Shown piece by piece: positions 19,610 to 30,408 of a stretch of DNA of 64,000 bases. The notes below the pieces were generated by a model, which saw nothing but the letters and a program-made list of their open reading frames with translations, did no database searches and was not told where the DNA came from. How positions within the stretch are numbered: the stretch's first letter is position 1; every line of letters begins with the position of its first letter. A program made the position numbers and the translations under genes. The stretch is taken from IMG/VR virus record IMGVR_UViG_3300020420_000721, positions 22,040 through 86,039 of that record. One strand, given 5' to 3'. The stretch comes from a virus.

Positions 19610-20158
19610 CTATTTATCGTCTTCCTTAATTTTGGACATGATTTCGTTCACAAGGGACGTTCTATCGCCCATTAATTGCCCGTCTACGATGTCTACCGTC
19701 TCATCTTTTACATCTAATTTAGCATCTGTACGTCTAGTCTCTAATTCTATCTTTGCTTGACGTTGCTGAAGCTCTAACATCTTTAATTTTTTATCAATTT
19801 TAGCTTGTTTAGCTTGTAATGCTCCGTTTAACATTTTGCTGGCACTATCAAATATAGGCCCTGCGTGTCTATCCTCAACGTTTCTACCTAAATCAACTAA
19901 ATCTTCAAATGTTTCCATTGCTTTTTTAGCATATTCATCCATCTCACGTTCTAATGTATCTAGTCCTTTGACTACTGGTAATGCTATATCAACTCTTTCT
20001 GATACTGCTAATTCGTTATTGATAGTTTCTATTTCTCTCTTAGAGTCTTCAACTGTTTTTTCTTCTACCTCATTATCCTTTGATTTTTCTTCTAAATCTT
20101 TAGGATCAATATTTTCTATTGGAGGTAAGTTAAATTCATCTTCTAATTTTTTTGTCAT
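19610..20158 (-). CDS. Possible terminase small subunit
   Basis: Coiled-coil 182 aa with a C-terminal GDRTSLV motif, near terL. Confidence 0.4.
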   Translation of the reverse strand: MTKKLEDEFNLPPIENIDPKDLEEKSKDNEVEEKTVEDSKREIETINNELAVSERVDIALPVVKGLDTLEREMDEYAKKAMETFEDLVDLGRNVEDRHAGPIFDSASKMLNGALQAKQAKIDKKLKMLELQQRQAKIELETRRTDAKLDVKDETVDIVDGQLMGDRTSLVNEIMSKIKEDDK

Positions 20159-20601
20159 TACTTCTTCCTCTTACTGTTTTGAGGTTTATTAAATATTTCT
20201 CTTTCCGTTAAAACACGAAAACCTAAACCATGTTTTCTACACCACGCTCTGGCCGCCTCCCATTTAGCTTGATTTAAAACAGCCGCCATTTTTTGTTGTT
20301 GAGTTTTAGCTTCTCCTAGTATCTGTTTACTTGGTTTTATCTCAACCATTTCAGCGTGTTTTTGTCCATCTCTATCATGATATACCATGAGTAAATCAGG
20401 AACATATCTTGAAGGTCTTCCTGTTAAAGGATTCCTATATGGAATACTATGTGTTTCACTTCCCCATCCTAATATTCCTGGATGATTATCACACATACGA
20501 AATACTGCTAATTCCCAACCTGATCTATATGTGGGTATTCCTTTTCCTATATACTTTTTAGGATTCTTAGGAGTATATCTTCCTTGTTGAAACTTTGCCA
20601 T
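20158..20601 (-). CDS. Head completion nuclease (T4 gp4/TnsA-like)
   Basis: YRSGWE, YVPD, VEIKP, NQAKWEAA and FRVLTE. Confidence 0.88.
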   Translation of the reverse strand: MAKFQQGRYTPKNPKKYIGKGIPTYRSGWELAVFRMCDNHPGILGWGSETHSIPYRNPLTGRPSRYVPDLLMVYHDRDGQKHAEMVEIKPSKQILGEAKTQQQKMAAVLNQAKWEAARAWCRKHGLGFRVLTEREIFNKPQNSKRKK

Positions 20602-20612
20602 GTTAGTATTTA

Positions 20613-21263
20613 TTAACTTGAAATACTAGTTGGCATATTGCCAGATCTTGTTTCAATGTTATAACCTGAATATTGTATACTTAAATTATATTGAACAAAA
20701 TCACTGTTAGAATACTCTAACTGATCGTGATCTACTGAACCAATAAAAGGTTCATAGACTGTAACTACATTATGCTCGTCAGCTATATCTTGACGAAAAA
20801 TTTCAATCTTCTCAAAGAAATGTTTATCAAAAGGAAGTTTATAACCTCTGTTACTTGATATATCTCCGGGAAATTCAAAACTATTTAAATTCTTATCTGT
20901 TGCTTTAACTGTAAAACCTTCATTATAATAATGAAGCGAATACTTTCTAATAAAATCTTCTAACCTACCATCTCTATCTTCAAGTAGTCTAATACTAATT
21001 GGTTGATAATCAACACCAGTTTGAATTGTTACTCTTCTATTATATGCGTTTAGTGTATTTGTACGAAAAGCGACACTCGGCATTTGTACCGAGGTCGCTG
21101 TTTCAAATAGTGTTGATGTATAACCACCAGTTGAGTCTAGGTGTGTAAAAGTAACTTGGTAATTAAATTTATGCCTAGGTAAAAGTGACTGTACTTGATT
21201 GCCACCTTGAGGAGATTCACCGAAATATACACGAGTTGCATGATCTCCCAAGAACTTAGACAC
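20613..21263 (-). CDS. Tail tube-like paralog (gp19/gp54-like)
   Basis: GTG start with AGGAG; tube-like pattern (YQPISI, LEYSNSD); adjacent to the tube gene. Confidence 0.6.
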   Translation of the reverse strand: MSKFLGDHATRVYFGESPQGGNQVQSLLPRHKFNYQVTFTHLDSTGGYTSTLFETATSVQMPSVAFRTNTLNAYNRRVTIQTGVDYQPISIRLLEDRDGRLEDFIRKYSLHYYNEGFTVKATDKNLNSFEFPGDISSNRGYKLPFDKHFFEKIEIFRQDIADEHNVVTVYEPFIGSVDHDQLEYSNSDFVQYNLSIQYSGYNIETRSGNMPTSISS

Positions 21264-21278
21264 CTAGTTACTCCTAAA

Positions 21279-21899
21279 TTATGCTGGTGCTCCACCAGCT
21301 GGGTTAGAACCTGTTTCATCAACCGCTACGGCTGAAAGTAAGTCAGTACTTGATCCAGTTAGTGTGTGCGATGCGTTATCGAAACGTATAGTTGCTGTAA
21401 TTTGTACCATATCACTTGATGAATAGTTTAAATCACCGTATGTAATTGTTGGTATAAAACAACCAGCTAGTGTCCATTTATCTAAAACGTTAGCGTCTTC
21501 GATTGGACCGTTAGCACCATCTAGTGTCTCGATGTGCATTGCAAATTTATAGTTACCACCTGCTTGTGGTGATGATTGAGTATTGTGGTTAACTTGTCTT
21601 GATAATTGTTTATCAAAAAGAGTTACGACATTACCATCTACGTCATCACGAAGAATAAGTGTAATATCTTGCCACGTATGTTTTCCTAACATACGAATTT
21701 TTGAGTTGTATGTATCAATTGTTACATCTTCATGGTCAATACCTGGACGTGTAATTGAAATAACGTTAGAAGTAGCAAGGTTACCTGATGAACCTGATAC
21801 ACCTAAGTTTTCAAATGTTACTCTAAAACGATACTGAAGTTTAGGCATCAGTGTCGAAGAAGAACCAGTTGATAGACCAAAATTGCTAATTACTGCCAT
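21279..21899 (-). CDS. Tail tube protein
   Basis: PKLQYRFRV, GKHTWQDITL and WTLAGCF..GDLNYSSS; follows the sheath gene. Confidence 0.85.
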   Translation of the reverse strand: MAVISNFGLSTGSSSTLMPKLQYRFRVTFENLGVSGSSGNLATSNVISITRPGIDHEDVTIDTYNSKIRMLGKHTWQDITLILRDDVDGNVVTLFDKQLSRQVNHNTQSSPQAGGNYKFAMHIETLDGANGPIEDANVLDKWTLAGCFIPTITYGDLNYSSSDMVQITATIRFDNASHTLTGSSTDLLSAVAVDETGSNPAGGAPA

Positions 21900-21960
21900 T
21901 GTTAATCTCCTTTTTTATTAAACAGTGTATATCTGTTATATTGTATTTATCGTTTTTGTC

Positions 21961-21994
21961 AAAAAAATAGCGGTGCCCTTATTTGGACACCGCT
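21961..21994 (-). terminator. Terminator after the sheath gene
   Basis: AGCGGTG..CACCGCT stem followed by a T run on the minus strand. Confidence 0.7.
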
Positions 21995-22007
21995 TTTATA
22001 TTGTATT

Positions 22008-24428
22008 TTAGCTTAATTCGCCTGTATTTACGATACGTACCGGAATATAGATAAATTCTGCTGATTTAGTAGGTTCTACTGCTACATCAATATATAATTC
22101 ATTTCTATCGATTCTTGCAGGAGTGTTGTTTGTTTCATCACAAACTACAGCATAATCATATACACCTCTTTGAGCTAAGATATTTGCTAAGAAGCCGTTA
22201 AATGTTGAAGCCGCATTAGCACGAGTTTGAGTGTCATTTTGCTCGAATAAGAATGGACGACCAATAATTGCAAATCTTTCTCTTAGATATGCAGTTAGAC
22301 GTGCCACGTTTACACGATCAAGAGCACTTGCCACTGGGCTTAATGTTTTCTGACCATATACAATAACACCATCACCTGGTAAGTTAGCGATTGGGTTAAG
22401 TTCAGCTTCGTACATAACATCTCTGTGACCTTGTGTTAGTGAAACTGGAGTAAACTCACCTTCACTATTTAGGTAACCAACATTTGATGCATTCTGTACT
22501 ATACCACGAGTCAAACCTGCTGGTGCAAACCATTGGAATGATACGTTATCACTGTATGCATATGTGTATAGTGCTGAGTGTGATGCCGGAGCAATAACAC
22601 TTGCACCTGATACTGGATCAGTTGTTAGAACTGGTGGATAGTAAGCCGCCGCGTATGCGTTTTTGCTTACAAGACCATCTACACCGTTCTCTACGGCGCC
22701 ATTTCCGTTAACCCATTGAATTGCTTCTGTTGGGTTTAGTTTAAATGGAGTATCAATAATAATAAATGCAGTTTCATTTCTGTCTGCATTTAAAGTTGTC
22801 ATTTCATCCATTAGCTCTGGATATCCAGGAGCCGCTAATAAACGGAATTGAATTGTTTCTTCACGTATTTGTTCGCCAGCAAATGATGCCTGCATACCCA
22901 TTACAATGACTTTACGTTGAGCTTTTGAACCAAAGCTACCTGCGCCTGACATTGCATTTGATGCCGCGTTTCTCCACTTCCAAGAAGTAGTTGCTGATGC
23001 GTCATAAACACGAACTGTATTTGCTGAACGACACATATTAATCGCTGACATACCAACTGGGTAGAATAATGGATCTGGACCATCAGCAATAATATCTGCT
23101 GAGCCAACGAATGAGTTCGCCGCTTTTGCATCTGCTGTAATGTCACCAAATACTACACCATCTGGAGTTGATTGGTCTGTGTTGTTCTTCGCAACCCACG
23201 CACTACCATTGTATCTGTAAATTACTGGATATGCTGATTCGTTTGTATCAACCCAATAATCACCGTCAGCCAATGCACCACCTGATGAATTAGTTAGTGG
23301 AGCCGCTGAACCGTAAAGTACGTGTTCTACTTTTTTCCATTCCTGATCTGAACCATTCATAGCCACTTCAAAAATGTCTAAGTTGTTCAATGCATCATCA
23401 AACCAATATGTTCCATTAGCTGGATTACCAACAGGCATTGCTGTTGCTACGTTCATGATATAGCCACCAGTTGATGCTGAAGCATCTGTGCCTACCATAT
23501 CCCACTCATTTTGTACTGAGTCCCATCTTTTGAAAACAATTTTACCATTTACTGCGTCAACAACAAGAGCTAAATCGCCTTCTAGTAGTGTTCTACCAGA
23601 GTTTGCTGAACCATCATGTAAAACGTCTGATGCCGCACCAGTTGGATCAAAGTCCTGTGCGTATAAGATTTGTTGCTCAACAAATGAACCTGCTGAAGTA
23701 GTGTATAGACGTGCGTCTAAATCTAAACCACCGCCAGGTGTTGTTGTTTTTACCCACATAGAAGTTGCTGGAACTGCATAGTGAGGAGCAAAAGTGATGT
23801 CAGCTGTAATTGGATTCCAGCCTGCACCATCATGTTTGTAATATTCTATTTCTGTTTCTGTTGCACCGTTTACTATCGCTACTAGATAGTCTCCAGAAGT
23901 ACCTGAAGAAGTTGGTGCTCCGCCTGAAGTAATTTCTACCACAGGAGTTTTTGCATTCCAGTCCTGACCGTCATATTCGAAAATTCCGAATTTTGAAGTA
24001 GATGGATTCATCCAATATGTATTGTTTGCCGCAGGACCTTTAGGTTCTGCTGATACTGGACGAAGTGCTACTGAATCAACATCAGCTCTTACAATGTAAG
24101 CCGCTGAAGATTGGCCTAGGAATGAATATGCGGCAAGCAAACCGTAGTCATTAGTCTCATCGCCCTGTACAACCGCTCCGCCAACAGTACGAAAGTCAAC
24201 TTCACCGAAGTATTGTGTTAGTTCACGTTGAGATGTTACAAGAACTGGTTTGCCGGCATTAGCTGATTTTGTGTATTTTGCAATACCGTCAGCCTCTGTG
24301 CCAGTAGGATCTACTTTGTCTTGGCCAGTTGCAATGAATAACATTGGCACTGTACCAGAACCAGCTGGACCGTATACTGACTCATCTGTTACTGATACCT
24401 GGACACCAGGTGAAACTAGATTTGCCAT
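22008..24428 (-). CDS. Contractile tail sheath protein (gp18-like)
   Basis: LVSPGV, WFAPAG..RG, GQKT, LDRVNV, NNTPARIDRN and PTKSAEFI. Confidence 0.95.
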   Translation of the reverse strand: MANLVSPGVQVSVTDESVYGPAGSGTVPMLFIATGQDKVDPTGTEADGIAKYTKSANAGKPVLVTSQRELTQYFGEVDFRTVGGAVVQGDETNDYGLLAAYSFLGQSSAAYIVRADVDSVALRPVSAEPKGPAANNTYWMNPSTSKFGIFEYDGQDWNAKTPVVEITSGGAPTSSGTSGDYLVAIVNGATETEIEYYKHDGAGWNPITADITFAPHYAVPATSMWVKTTTPGGGLDLDARLYTTSAGSFVEQQILYAQDFDPTGAASDVLHDGSANSGRTLLEGDLALVVDAVNGKIVFKRWDSVQNEWDMVGTDASASTGGYIMNVATAMPVGNPANGTYWFDDALNNLDIFEVAMNGSDQEWKKVEHVLYGSAAPLTNSSGGALADGDYWVDTNESAYPVIYRYNGSAWVAKNNTDQSTPDGVVFGDITADAKAANSFVGSADIIADGPDPLFYPVGMSAINMCRSANTVRVYDASATTSWKWRNAASNAMSGAGSFGSKAQRKVIVMGMQASFAGEQIREETIQFRLLAAPGYPELMDEMTTLNADRNETAFIIIDTPFKLNPTEAIQWVNGNGAVENGVDGLVSKNAYAAAYYPPVLTTDPVSGASVIAPASHSALYTYAYSDNVSFQWFAPAGLTRGIVQNASNVGYLNSEGEFTPVSLTQGHRDVMYEAELNPIANLPGDGVIVYGQKTLSPVASALDRVNVARLTAYLRERFAIIGRPFLFEQNDTQTRANAASTFNGFLANILAQRGVYDYAVVCDETNNTPARIDRNELYIDVAVEPTKSAEFIYIPVRIVNTGELS

Positions 24429-24526
24429 TTTGGAGTTCTCCTATTTTTCATATTTAATCCTACATACTTATAGTATGTTTCGTATGTGTATTTATTTGAA
24501 ATTAAGGAAAAAGTGCTATTATAGAA

Positions 24527-25156
24527 TTAACTTAATAGTTTAATTGTCTGTGTTTCTAGCGATTCTAGGGTATCTGTGTTGCTAAGGGTAACATCAAAGT
24601 TCCAACCTGCCCAACGCCATTCTGACTGATGAACATCAGGAAATACCACTTTCATAGTATGATTTGAATTAGGATCAACGTTATTTGTGTTTATATTTTC
24701 CGCAGTAGCCCACCATTCTGGTTTTTCATGCCTCCATACAACGGCAGTTGTACCACCTAATTTTTTAATTGCTTTTAATTCATTAAAAAAACGGCAGTCA
24801 CTAATTACTACATTTTTTTCAGATTGTAATACTTGTCTTTCACAAGCCGCAACCCATATATCAGGATGAAAATGTGTTCTTAAAACATCAGTACCTATAA
24901 ATTGTAGTACATATCTAGGAGTAAGATTTGGAATATCTAAACGATTAGCCCACCATTTATCAACTGTTTCACGCCATACTCTACTTTCTGGAGTATTACC
25001 TTCTAATAATATTCTATCCCAACCAAATAATGAAGATACTGTATCTTTTAAGACACCTGCAAAACTAATTCTGTCATAACCATGTTTAATTAAAGCACCG
25101 GCTACACTATCTTTACCATGTCCTATTAGTCCACATATCCCTACAATTTTTTTCAA
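24527..25156 (-). CDS. Deoxynucleoside monophosphate kinase (T4 gp1-like)
   Basis: GLIGHGKD, TPRYVLQFIGTD, ISDCRF.NE and HQSE. Confidence 0.88.
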   Translation of the reverse strand: MKKIVGICGLIGHGKDSVAGALIKHGYDRISFAGVLKDTVSSLFGWDRILLEGNTPESRVWRETVDKWWANRLDIPNLTPRYVLQFIGTDVLRTHFHPDIWVAACERQVLQSEKNVVISDCRFFNELKAIKKLGGTTAVVWRHEKPEWWATAENINTNNVDPNSNHTMKVVFPDVHQSEWRWAGWNFDVTLSNTDTLESLETQTIKLLS

Positions 25157-25480
25157 TTAAGTTACCTTTATTACAATATTAAATAATATTACTGTTACAA
25201 TTAGTCCTAGTGAAACACTATACCAAAAACCTATATGCGTAACAGTATAACTAAAGATAACAAAAAATATTAAACTTGTCAAGACAAATTTTATAGTTTC
25301 CCACGCCCATTTAGCCATTTGGGCATCTGCAATTCCTTGATAATGCATAAAAACCATTGCAATTAGGGCAGTTGTAGGAATACCCATAAGTATTGCCGCC
25401 AATGTTATATTTCTTTGACTTATTATACTAATCATAGCAATGATAACACCTGCAACCAGGCTTTTTATTACAAGTTCCAT
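25157..25480 (-). CDS. Small four-TM membrane protein
   Basis: Four hydrophobic segments in 107 aa. Confidence 0.7.
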   Translation of the reverse strand: MELVIKSLVAGVIIAMISIISQRNITLAAILMGIPTTALIAMVFMHYQGIADAQMAKWAWETIKFVLTSLIFFVIFSYTVTHIGFWYSVSLGLIVTVILFNIVIKVT

Positions 25481-25488
25481 AATGTAGA

Positions 25489-26226
25489 TTAACCTATTAC
25501 GAATCCAAGACCAGTTGAACCATCATTAAACAATGTTAGTTCTTGTTCTAGCTTGTCTATTTCTGTTTGAGCATCCTGACGAAGTTGATCTGCGTTCATT
25601 GTAGTACCACCTTGTGGGCCTGCTATCTGTGCAAACTTACCACGAGCTTCAGCTAACATTAAACGACATTGAGCAAAGGCATAATCTTTTAGCCAAGGAC
25701 CTGAATATGTGTCTGTTAGTAAACTTTCATCTGGACGATAATTATAACAATGTAGGTATACATTGTCTGCTGATTTAATTTTTCTTTGTAATATTAATTT
25801 GCTTTCCTGTGGACGCCAAGTAAACATAATTTCTGCACCAAATAATCTTCCCATTGTTTCTCTATTTTGCATTAAGAAATCAAAACTTGATAATCCACCA
25901 CGTCTATGTGATCCTAGGAGATAAGTGTTCATATAAGCCGCCTGAAAAGGTTCTATATCATTTCCTGAATTACTACTTACACCAGTTGTTCTTCTGTAAA
26001 TATCTTTTACTTCCATTACCTCTTTTGGTAATGTATATTCATTTACATCTTCAACTAATGTTAATCCTAGAAAACTTTCTTCTACGGCATTTTCAGCACG
26101 TTGACGATATTTCTGTAATGATTTATTAACTGCTAGTTCATAATGTTCTGGATCTAGCTCAACGTCAACCATGCCTCCACCGAGACGTAGTTCCATTTCT
26201 TTGATTAAGTTATCATATGCGGCCAT
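25489..26226 (-). CDS. Neck protein (gp13-like)
   Basis: LGGGMVDVEL, WLKDYA, RGKF..GPQGGTTMN and FVIG terminus. Confidence 0.85.
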   Translation of the reverse strand: MAAYDNLIKEMELRLGGGMVDVELDPEHYELAVNKSLQKYRQRAENAVEESFLGLTLVEDVNEYTLPKEVMEVKDIYRRTTGVSSNSGNDIEPFQAAYMNTYLLGSHRRGGLSSFDFLMQNRETMGRLFGAEIMFTWRPQESKLILQRKIKSADNVYLHCYNYRPDESLLTDTYSGPWLKDYAFAQCRLMLAEARGKFAQIAGPQGGTTMNADQLRQDAQTEIDKLEQELTLFNDGSTGLGFVIG

Positions 26227-26249
26227 AATATTCTCCTATACTGTATTTA

Positions 26250-27527
26250 TTAAAATACCGCCAAGAGAATCGTATCTGCATTTATACGCCCATTCATTTT
26301 AGTATCTGTTGTTTTTAACCCATCAAATAGTTTAAGTGTTTTAGGTTTTGTAGCTTTTCTAAGCTCTGGTAGTAGTTCATCGGGCTTACGGATAGTCTTC
26401 TGTAAGCTCTTTTGCTCATCATACCCTGTTATAGTAGTACCTTTAACATTAAGCCCTGTACCAGCTCTTTGAAGCTTCTGAGGGTCTATTACTTTAGCAT
26501 GATATATACCGAACTTTCTGGTTTTAGTATTGAATACTGCTAGTACTTCACATTTTGGAATCTTTACAGCCGGAACACTTGCTAGTCCATACTTCTCATC
26601 TGATTGTTTGTACTTTAGCTTTTTAACTACTTGTTCAGCTGACTTTTCTTTAACTTTTCTTGGTTTACGATTAGCCTTACTTTCTGCTTCTAAAATATCA
26701 CAAGCATCTAAAATCTTTTTGTATAATTCTAAGGATAATTTTTGACTTTTCTTATCCATGAATTCATATGCTTCTTTTAACTGTGACCATTGATCCTGTT
26801 CCCATTCACTTAACTCTTTGAGTCTGGAAGATGTTGGATAATTAATCAGGTTAAAATATTCTTCATATGCAGGTTGATAGTAATTACGAATAATCTGAGC
26901 GTGTTTTCCTTTACAACCTAATCGTCTCAACATCACAACAGGACGAAAATCTTTAACAGTTTTTTCGTTATAATTCTTTTCCCATTTAAAAATTTCTTCT
27001 TCTAAAGGATCAGTCATAGCCATAGCTGACTTATACATTACCTGCTGAATAGAAGGTTTTGCTAATTCAATCTTTTGTTCTTTTTCTTGCTTTTCCTTTT
27101 TTTCCTGTAAAATCACTTTACCTCTTTTTATGTTATCTTCAGTTTGTTTTTTCATATAATCTGTAACAGGTTTAACATTTCCCATTGTACCCGCTAACGT
27201 CTGCCAGTAGTCATCTTCCTTTTGGTTGAAGTCTGGCATACCCGTTTGTAGTTGACGGGCATATACGCCCATATACGGGCTACTCTTGATGCATTTTACA
27301 GCACTTATGTCTTCTTTACTGTACTTTTCTGCTTTTAACCATTCATGGTAGTAGGTTTCGAGCTTTTCCCTTGGAACTTCAGTATAATAACTTTGTGTTG
27401 ACCATTGTCTTTTACGATGGTATTGTTCACCAGTCCATTCTTGCCATCCGTCCCAATTAACTTCTTCAAAACCAAGTTTCCGATGTACGGTACGAGGCTT
27501 CTTTCTTCTCACCTGTTTTAAAGGCAT
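26250..27527 (-). CDS. Conserved-type hypothetical phage protein
   Basis: 425 aa basic protein with VKGTTI, QKTIRKP and NGRIN; own TTGACA promoter at 27591-27596. Confidence 0.7.
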   Translation of the reverse strand: MPLKQVRRKKPRTVHRKLGFEEVNWDGWQEWTGEQYHRKRQWSTQSYYTEVPREKLETYYHEWLKAEKYSKEDISAVKCIKSSPYMGVYARQLQTGMPDFNQKEDDYWQTLAGTMGNVKPVTDYMKKQTEDNIKRGKVILQEKKEKQEKEQKIELAKPSIQQVMYKSAMAMTDPLEEEIFKWEKNYNEKTVKDFRPVVMLRRLGCKGKHAQIIRNYYQPAYEEYFNLINYPTSSRLKELSEWEQDQWSQLKEAYEFMDKKSQKLSLELYKKILDACDILEAESKANRKPRKVKEKSAEQVVKKLKYKQSDEKYGLASVPAVKIPKCEVLAVFNTKTRKFGIYHAKVIDPQKLQRAGTGLNVKGTTITGYDEQKSLQKTIRKPDELLPELRKATKPKTLKLFDGLKTTDTKMNGRINADTILLAVF

Positions 27528-27615
27528 CGATACTACTCCTAATATAAATTACAATCAGTATATATCATACTACGGCATGACATACTGTCTTGTCAACCTT
27601 TTTTAGAGTTTTCGG

Positions 27616-28791
27616 TTAATTATGTGTCCAAGAGTATAGTTGAGGATTCACTTCTTTGAGTGTAAACTTTGTTCTAGGATCGAAAACTTCTGTAAATTTT
27701 CTAAATGCTAACAAGTGTTTTTCTTCCATCTTAACTTGTTTTGCATTTAGTTGTCGACAAATAAAATCTTTTGTTTTAACATTATATATCGATTCTACAA
27801 TTTTCTTACACTCTTCTATTTGTTTTTCTGTTAATACTTGTCTAGCATTAACTATTGCAGGGTTATATGTCCATGAATCAAATACCCTACCCATATAGCC
27901 TGACTTTTTAGCCCAGTCATCAAACTCATTTACTTTATTAATACTCCAAATAGTATGAGTTGCCTGGATTCTTGTTTTAATATTTGTATGTTGCTCTGAT
28001 AATTCCATCCATTTGTTGGTATTTTTTTCAAATAAATTCCAATTCAATCCATTTCTAATATATTCTGCTAAATTTCCAACAGCTTCAGTACTACATCTTA
28101 AATCAACTTTGCCAAATTTACAAAGAATATCTAAAATTTTCTGTTTTGGAAATATAGTAGCATTAGTATTAATCTGTATTTGTAAATTGGATAATTTTGT
28201 TTTTTCTGCTAACATATCAATAAACGTTTCAAAATTTCTAGTCATAAAAGGTTCGCCTCCGAACACTCCTACGTGTGCTAACCATCTTAAATCTGCGTTT
28301 CTTAATTCTTCAATTAATTTTAATTCAAATTTAAATGTATCTTCTTTTCTTAATGTGATTTCTTTGTTTTCTAAAAAATCTAAATCAATATTATTTTCTT
28401 CTGCCCATTCTATTTCGTCATTCCATGAAGTACTTTGAGCAGGACCACAATATTTACATTTTAGATTACAAAAACTACTAAATCCTGCTTGAATTTGAAC
28501 TAGTTTGCCTGGTGGATACTTTACTCCTGTTCTTCCAAAACCTTGTTGCCTTAAAGAAGTAACATTAGACTCTTCAGCTATTCGACATCTACTACAAGAA
28601 GTATCTTTTAAATTTTCATATGAATATGTTGGATCGTTTACTGCTTTGTCTAGCATTTCTTCTAGATCTTTATGCCTATAAGTCATCCTACAACAAGATG
28701 TAACGTACCCAGATTCCTGTGCTGAAGGTCTAAAATGGACTCCGTTTGTAAGCCAGGCACATCCTTTATCAGTTGATAACATATTTTTCAT
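27616..28791 (-). CDS. Radical SAM protein with N-terminal Cys-rich (twitch-like) domain
   Basis: N-terminal C..CC..CxxC followed by CNLKCKYC, GGEPF and NTN. Confidence 0.88.
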   Translation of the reverse strand: MKNMLSTDKGCAWLTNGVHFRPSAQESGYVTSCCRMTYRHKDLEEMLDKAVNDPTYSYENLKDTSCSRCRIAEESNVTSLRQQGFGRTGVKYPPGKLVQIQAGFSSFCNLKCKYCGPAQSTSWNDEIEWAEENNIDLDFLENKEITLRKEDTFKFELKLIEELRNADLRWLAHVGVFGGEPFMTRNFETFIDMLAEKTKLSNLQIQINTNATIFPKQKILDILCKFGKVDLRCSTEAVGNLAEYIRNGLNWNLFEKNTNKWMELSEQHTNIKTRIQATHTIWSINKVNEFDDWAKKSGYMGRVFDSWTYNPAIVNARQVLTEKQIEECKKIVESIYNVKTKDFICRQLNAKQVKMEEKHLLAFRKFTEVFDPRTKFTLKEVNPQLYSWTHN

Positions 28792-28792
28792 G

Positions 28793-29269
28793 CTAATATT
28801 TATAAGAATATATGAACCAAATAATACCTATCAAAAGAGCAGATAACATAAGAAGTAGAGCTACTATAAAAACACCTTCCAATATACTTCTCTTTAACTC
28901 CTGTATTCTATAAACTTCTTTATCACGTTTCTTTTTAATCTCGCGACGTAAATCTATCATTTCTTTCCAAGTACCATACCCAAATCTATAGTTTAAAAGA
29001 GCCGCTAATTCTTTTTCTTGTTCCTGTAGCTTTTTTTCATGAATAATAAGTTGTAAAGCCTCAGCTTCTACACTTCCTGATGCTAAAAAACGTTTATATA
29101 ATGGAGGATTATTATTGTATGATTGTGCTTTTCTTATATCTGAAGCCGCTGAATACCATTTGGAGAGTTGTCCGACACACCTTTCTAGATCCTGGCCGTG
29201 TGAAACCAGCGATTGGATGCTTTTGTAAGCCGCGGTAGCCGCCGCGATTGCACTTATCGGGTCCAACAT
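28793..29269 (-). CDS. Hypothetical protein with C-terminal TM helix
   Basis: Likely start MLDPISAIAAA; hydrophobic C-terminus. Confidence 0.7.
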   Translation of the reverse strand: MLDPISAIAAATAAYKSIQSLVSHGQDLERCVGQLSKWYSAASDIRKAQSYNNNPPLYKRFLASGSVEAEALQLIIHEKKLQEQEKELAALLNYRFGYGTWKEMIDLRREIKKKRDKEVYRIQELKRSILEGVFIVALLLMLSALLIGIIWFIYSYKY

Positions 29270-29343
29270 ACAAGTATTTAAGTAATCCACTCACTTATAA
29301 ACAAACCAGTTAATATAAATACACTATATAAAAGGAAGGATTC

Positions 29344-30408
29344 ATGCCAAGATTAAGTTTATATAAACCATACAAAGGTAATGACTATAAGTTTCTTGAT
29401 CGAAATATCAAAGAACAATTTGATATAGGTGGAACCGCTGTTCACGTTCACAAATATGCAGGACCTAAAGTTCAATCAGACAAGGGAGATCCTAGTGAAC
29501 CAAATTATAGTGGTGGCACAGAAACAGATCCATTAGGTAACGAAAGTAATCCAAGTGGAACAATCAATGAAACTAAGATTCAAGACTTATTATTTATGGA
29601 AAACCGAGATCGTAAATACGAACCAGATATTTACGAGTTAAGAGGTATATATAATGTAAGTGATAATGACTTTGACTTATCTCAATTTGGTCTTTTCTTA
29701 ACAAATGATACTTTATTCATTACGTTCCATATCAACGATATGATAGATAAATTGGGACGTAAACTTATGCCAGGTGATGTTTTAGAATTACCCCATTTAC
29801 GTGACGAATTACTATTAAGCCAAGACAGGAATGCTGTAAATAAATTTTATGTAGTACAGGACGCCGCACGTGGAGCAGAAGGTTTTTCACAAACTTGGTT
29901 CCCTCATATTTGGAGAGTTAAGGTAGCACCACTAACAGATACACAAGAATACGCAGATATACTTGGTACTGCTGATGATCCTAATTCATTAAAACAGGAT
30001 CTATCATCATACAAAACTGAAATTAATATTTCAGATGCTATTGTTAAGAGTGCTGAAACAAATGATCCAAAAGGTGAACCATTAAGAGATCACCTATTTA
30101 ACGAACCAGAAAAAGTTGAAGAATATCAACATGGCGAAGCTATTCCGTCAGGAGATCAGTTTCCAGTACAACCAAATGAAGGTGACTACTTTATAAGAAA
30201 TGATTTTGTTCCTAACAGAATGTTTGTTAGAAGAGGATCAAGATGGCATAGACTATATGATAATATAGTTGAACAAACCTGGACTGATAAAACTTATAAT
30301 GCTTCTGGATTTATTAATAATGAAAATACAGTTGTTGTTGATGATGTTGAAAAACCAGAACGTCAAGCATTAAGTAAAGTAATTAAACCTAAGAGTGATT
30401 TTGAATAA
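29344..30408 (+). CDS. Neck/head-closure protein (gp14-like)
   Basis: LSQFGLF, PGDVLELPH and FYVV; precedes gp15-like; TATAAATA at 29314-29321. Confidence 0.7.
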   Translation: MPRLSLYKPYKGNDYKFLDRNIKEQFDIGGTAVHVHKYAGPKVQSDKGDPSEPNYSGGTETDPLGNESNPSGTINETKIQDLLFMENRDRKYEPDIYELRGIYNVSDNDFDLSQFGLFLTNDTLFITFHINDMIDKLGRKLMPGDVLELPHLRDELLLSQDRNAVNKFYVVQDAARGAEGFSQTWFPHIWRVKVAPLTDTQEYADILGTADDPNSLKQDLSSYKTEINISDAIVKSAETNDPKGEPLRDHLFNEPEKVEEYQHGEAIPSGDQFPVQPNEGDYFIRNDFVPNRMFVRRGSRWHRLYDNIVEQTWTDKTYNASGFINNENTVVVDDVEKPERQALSKVIKPKSDFE

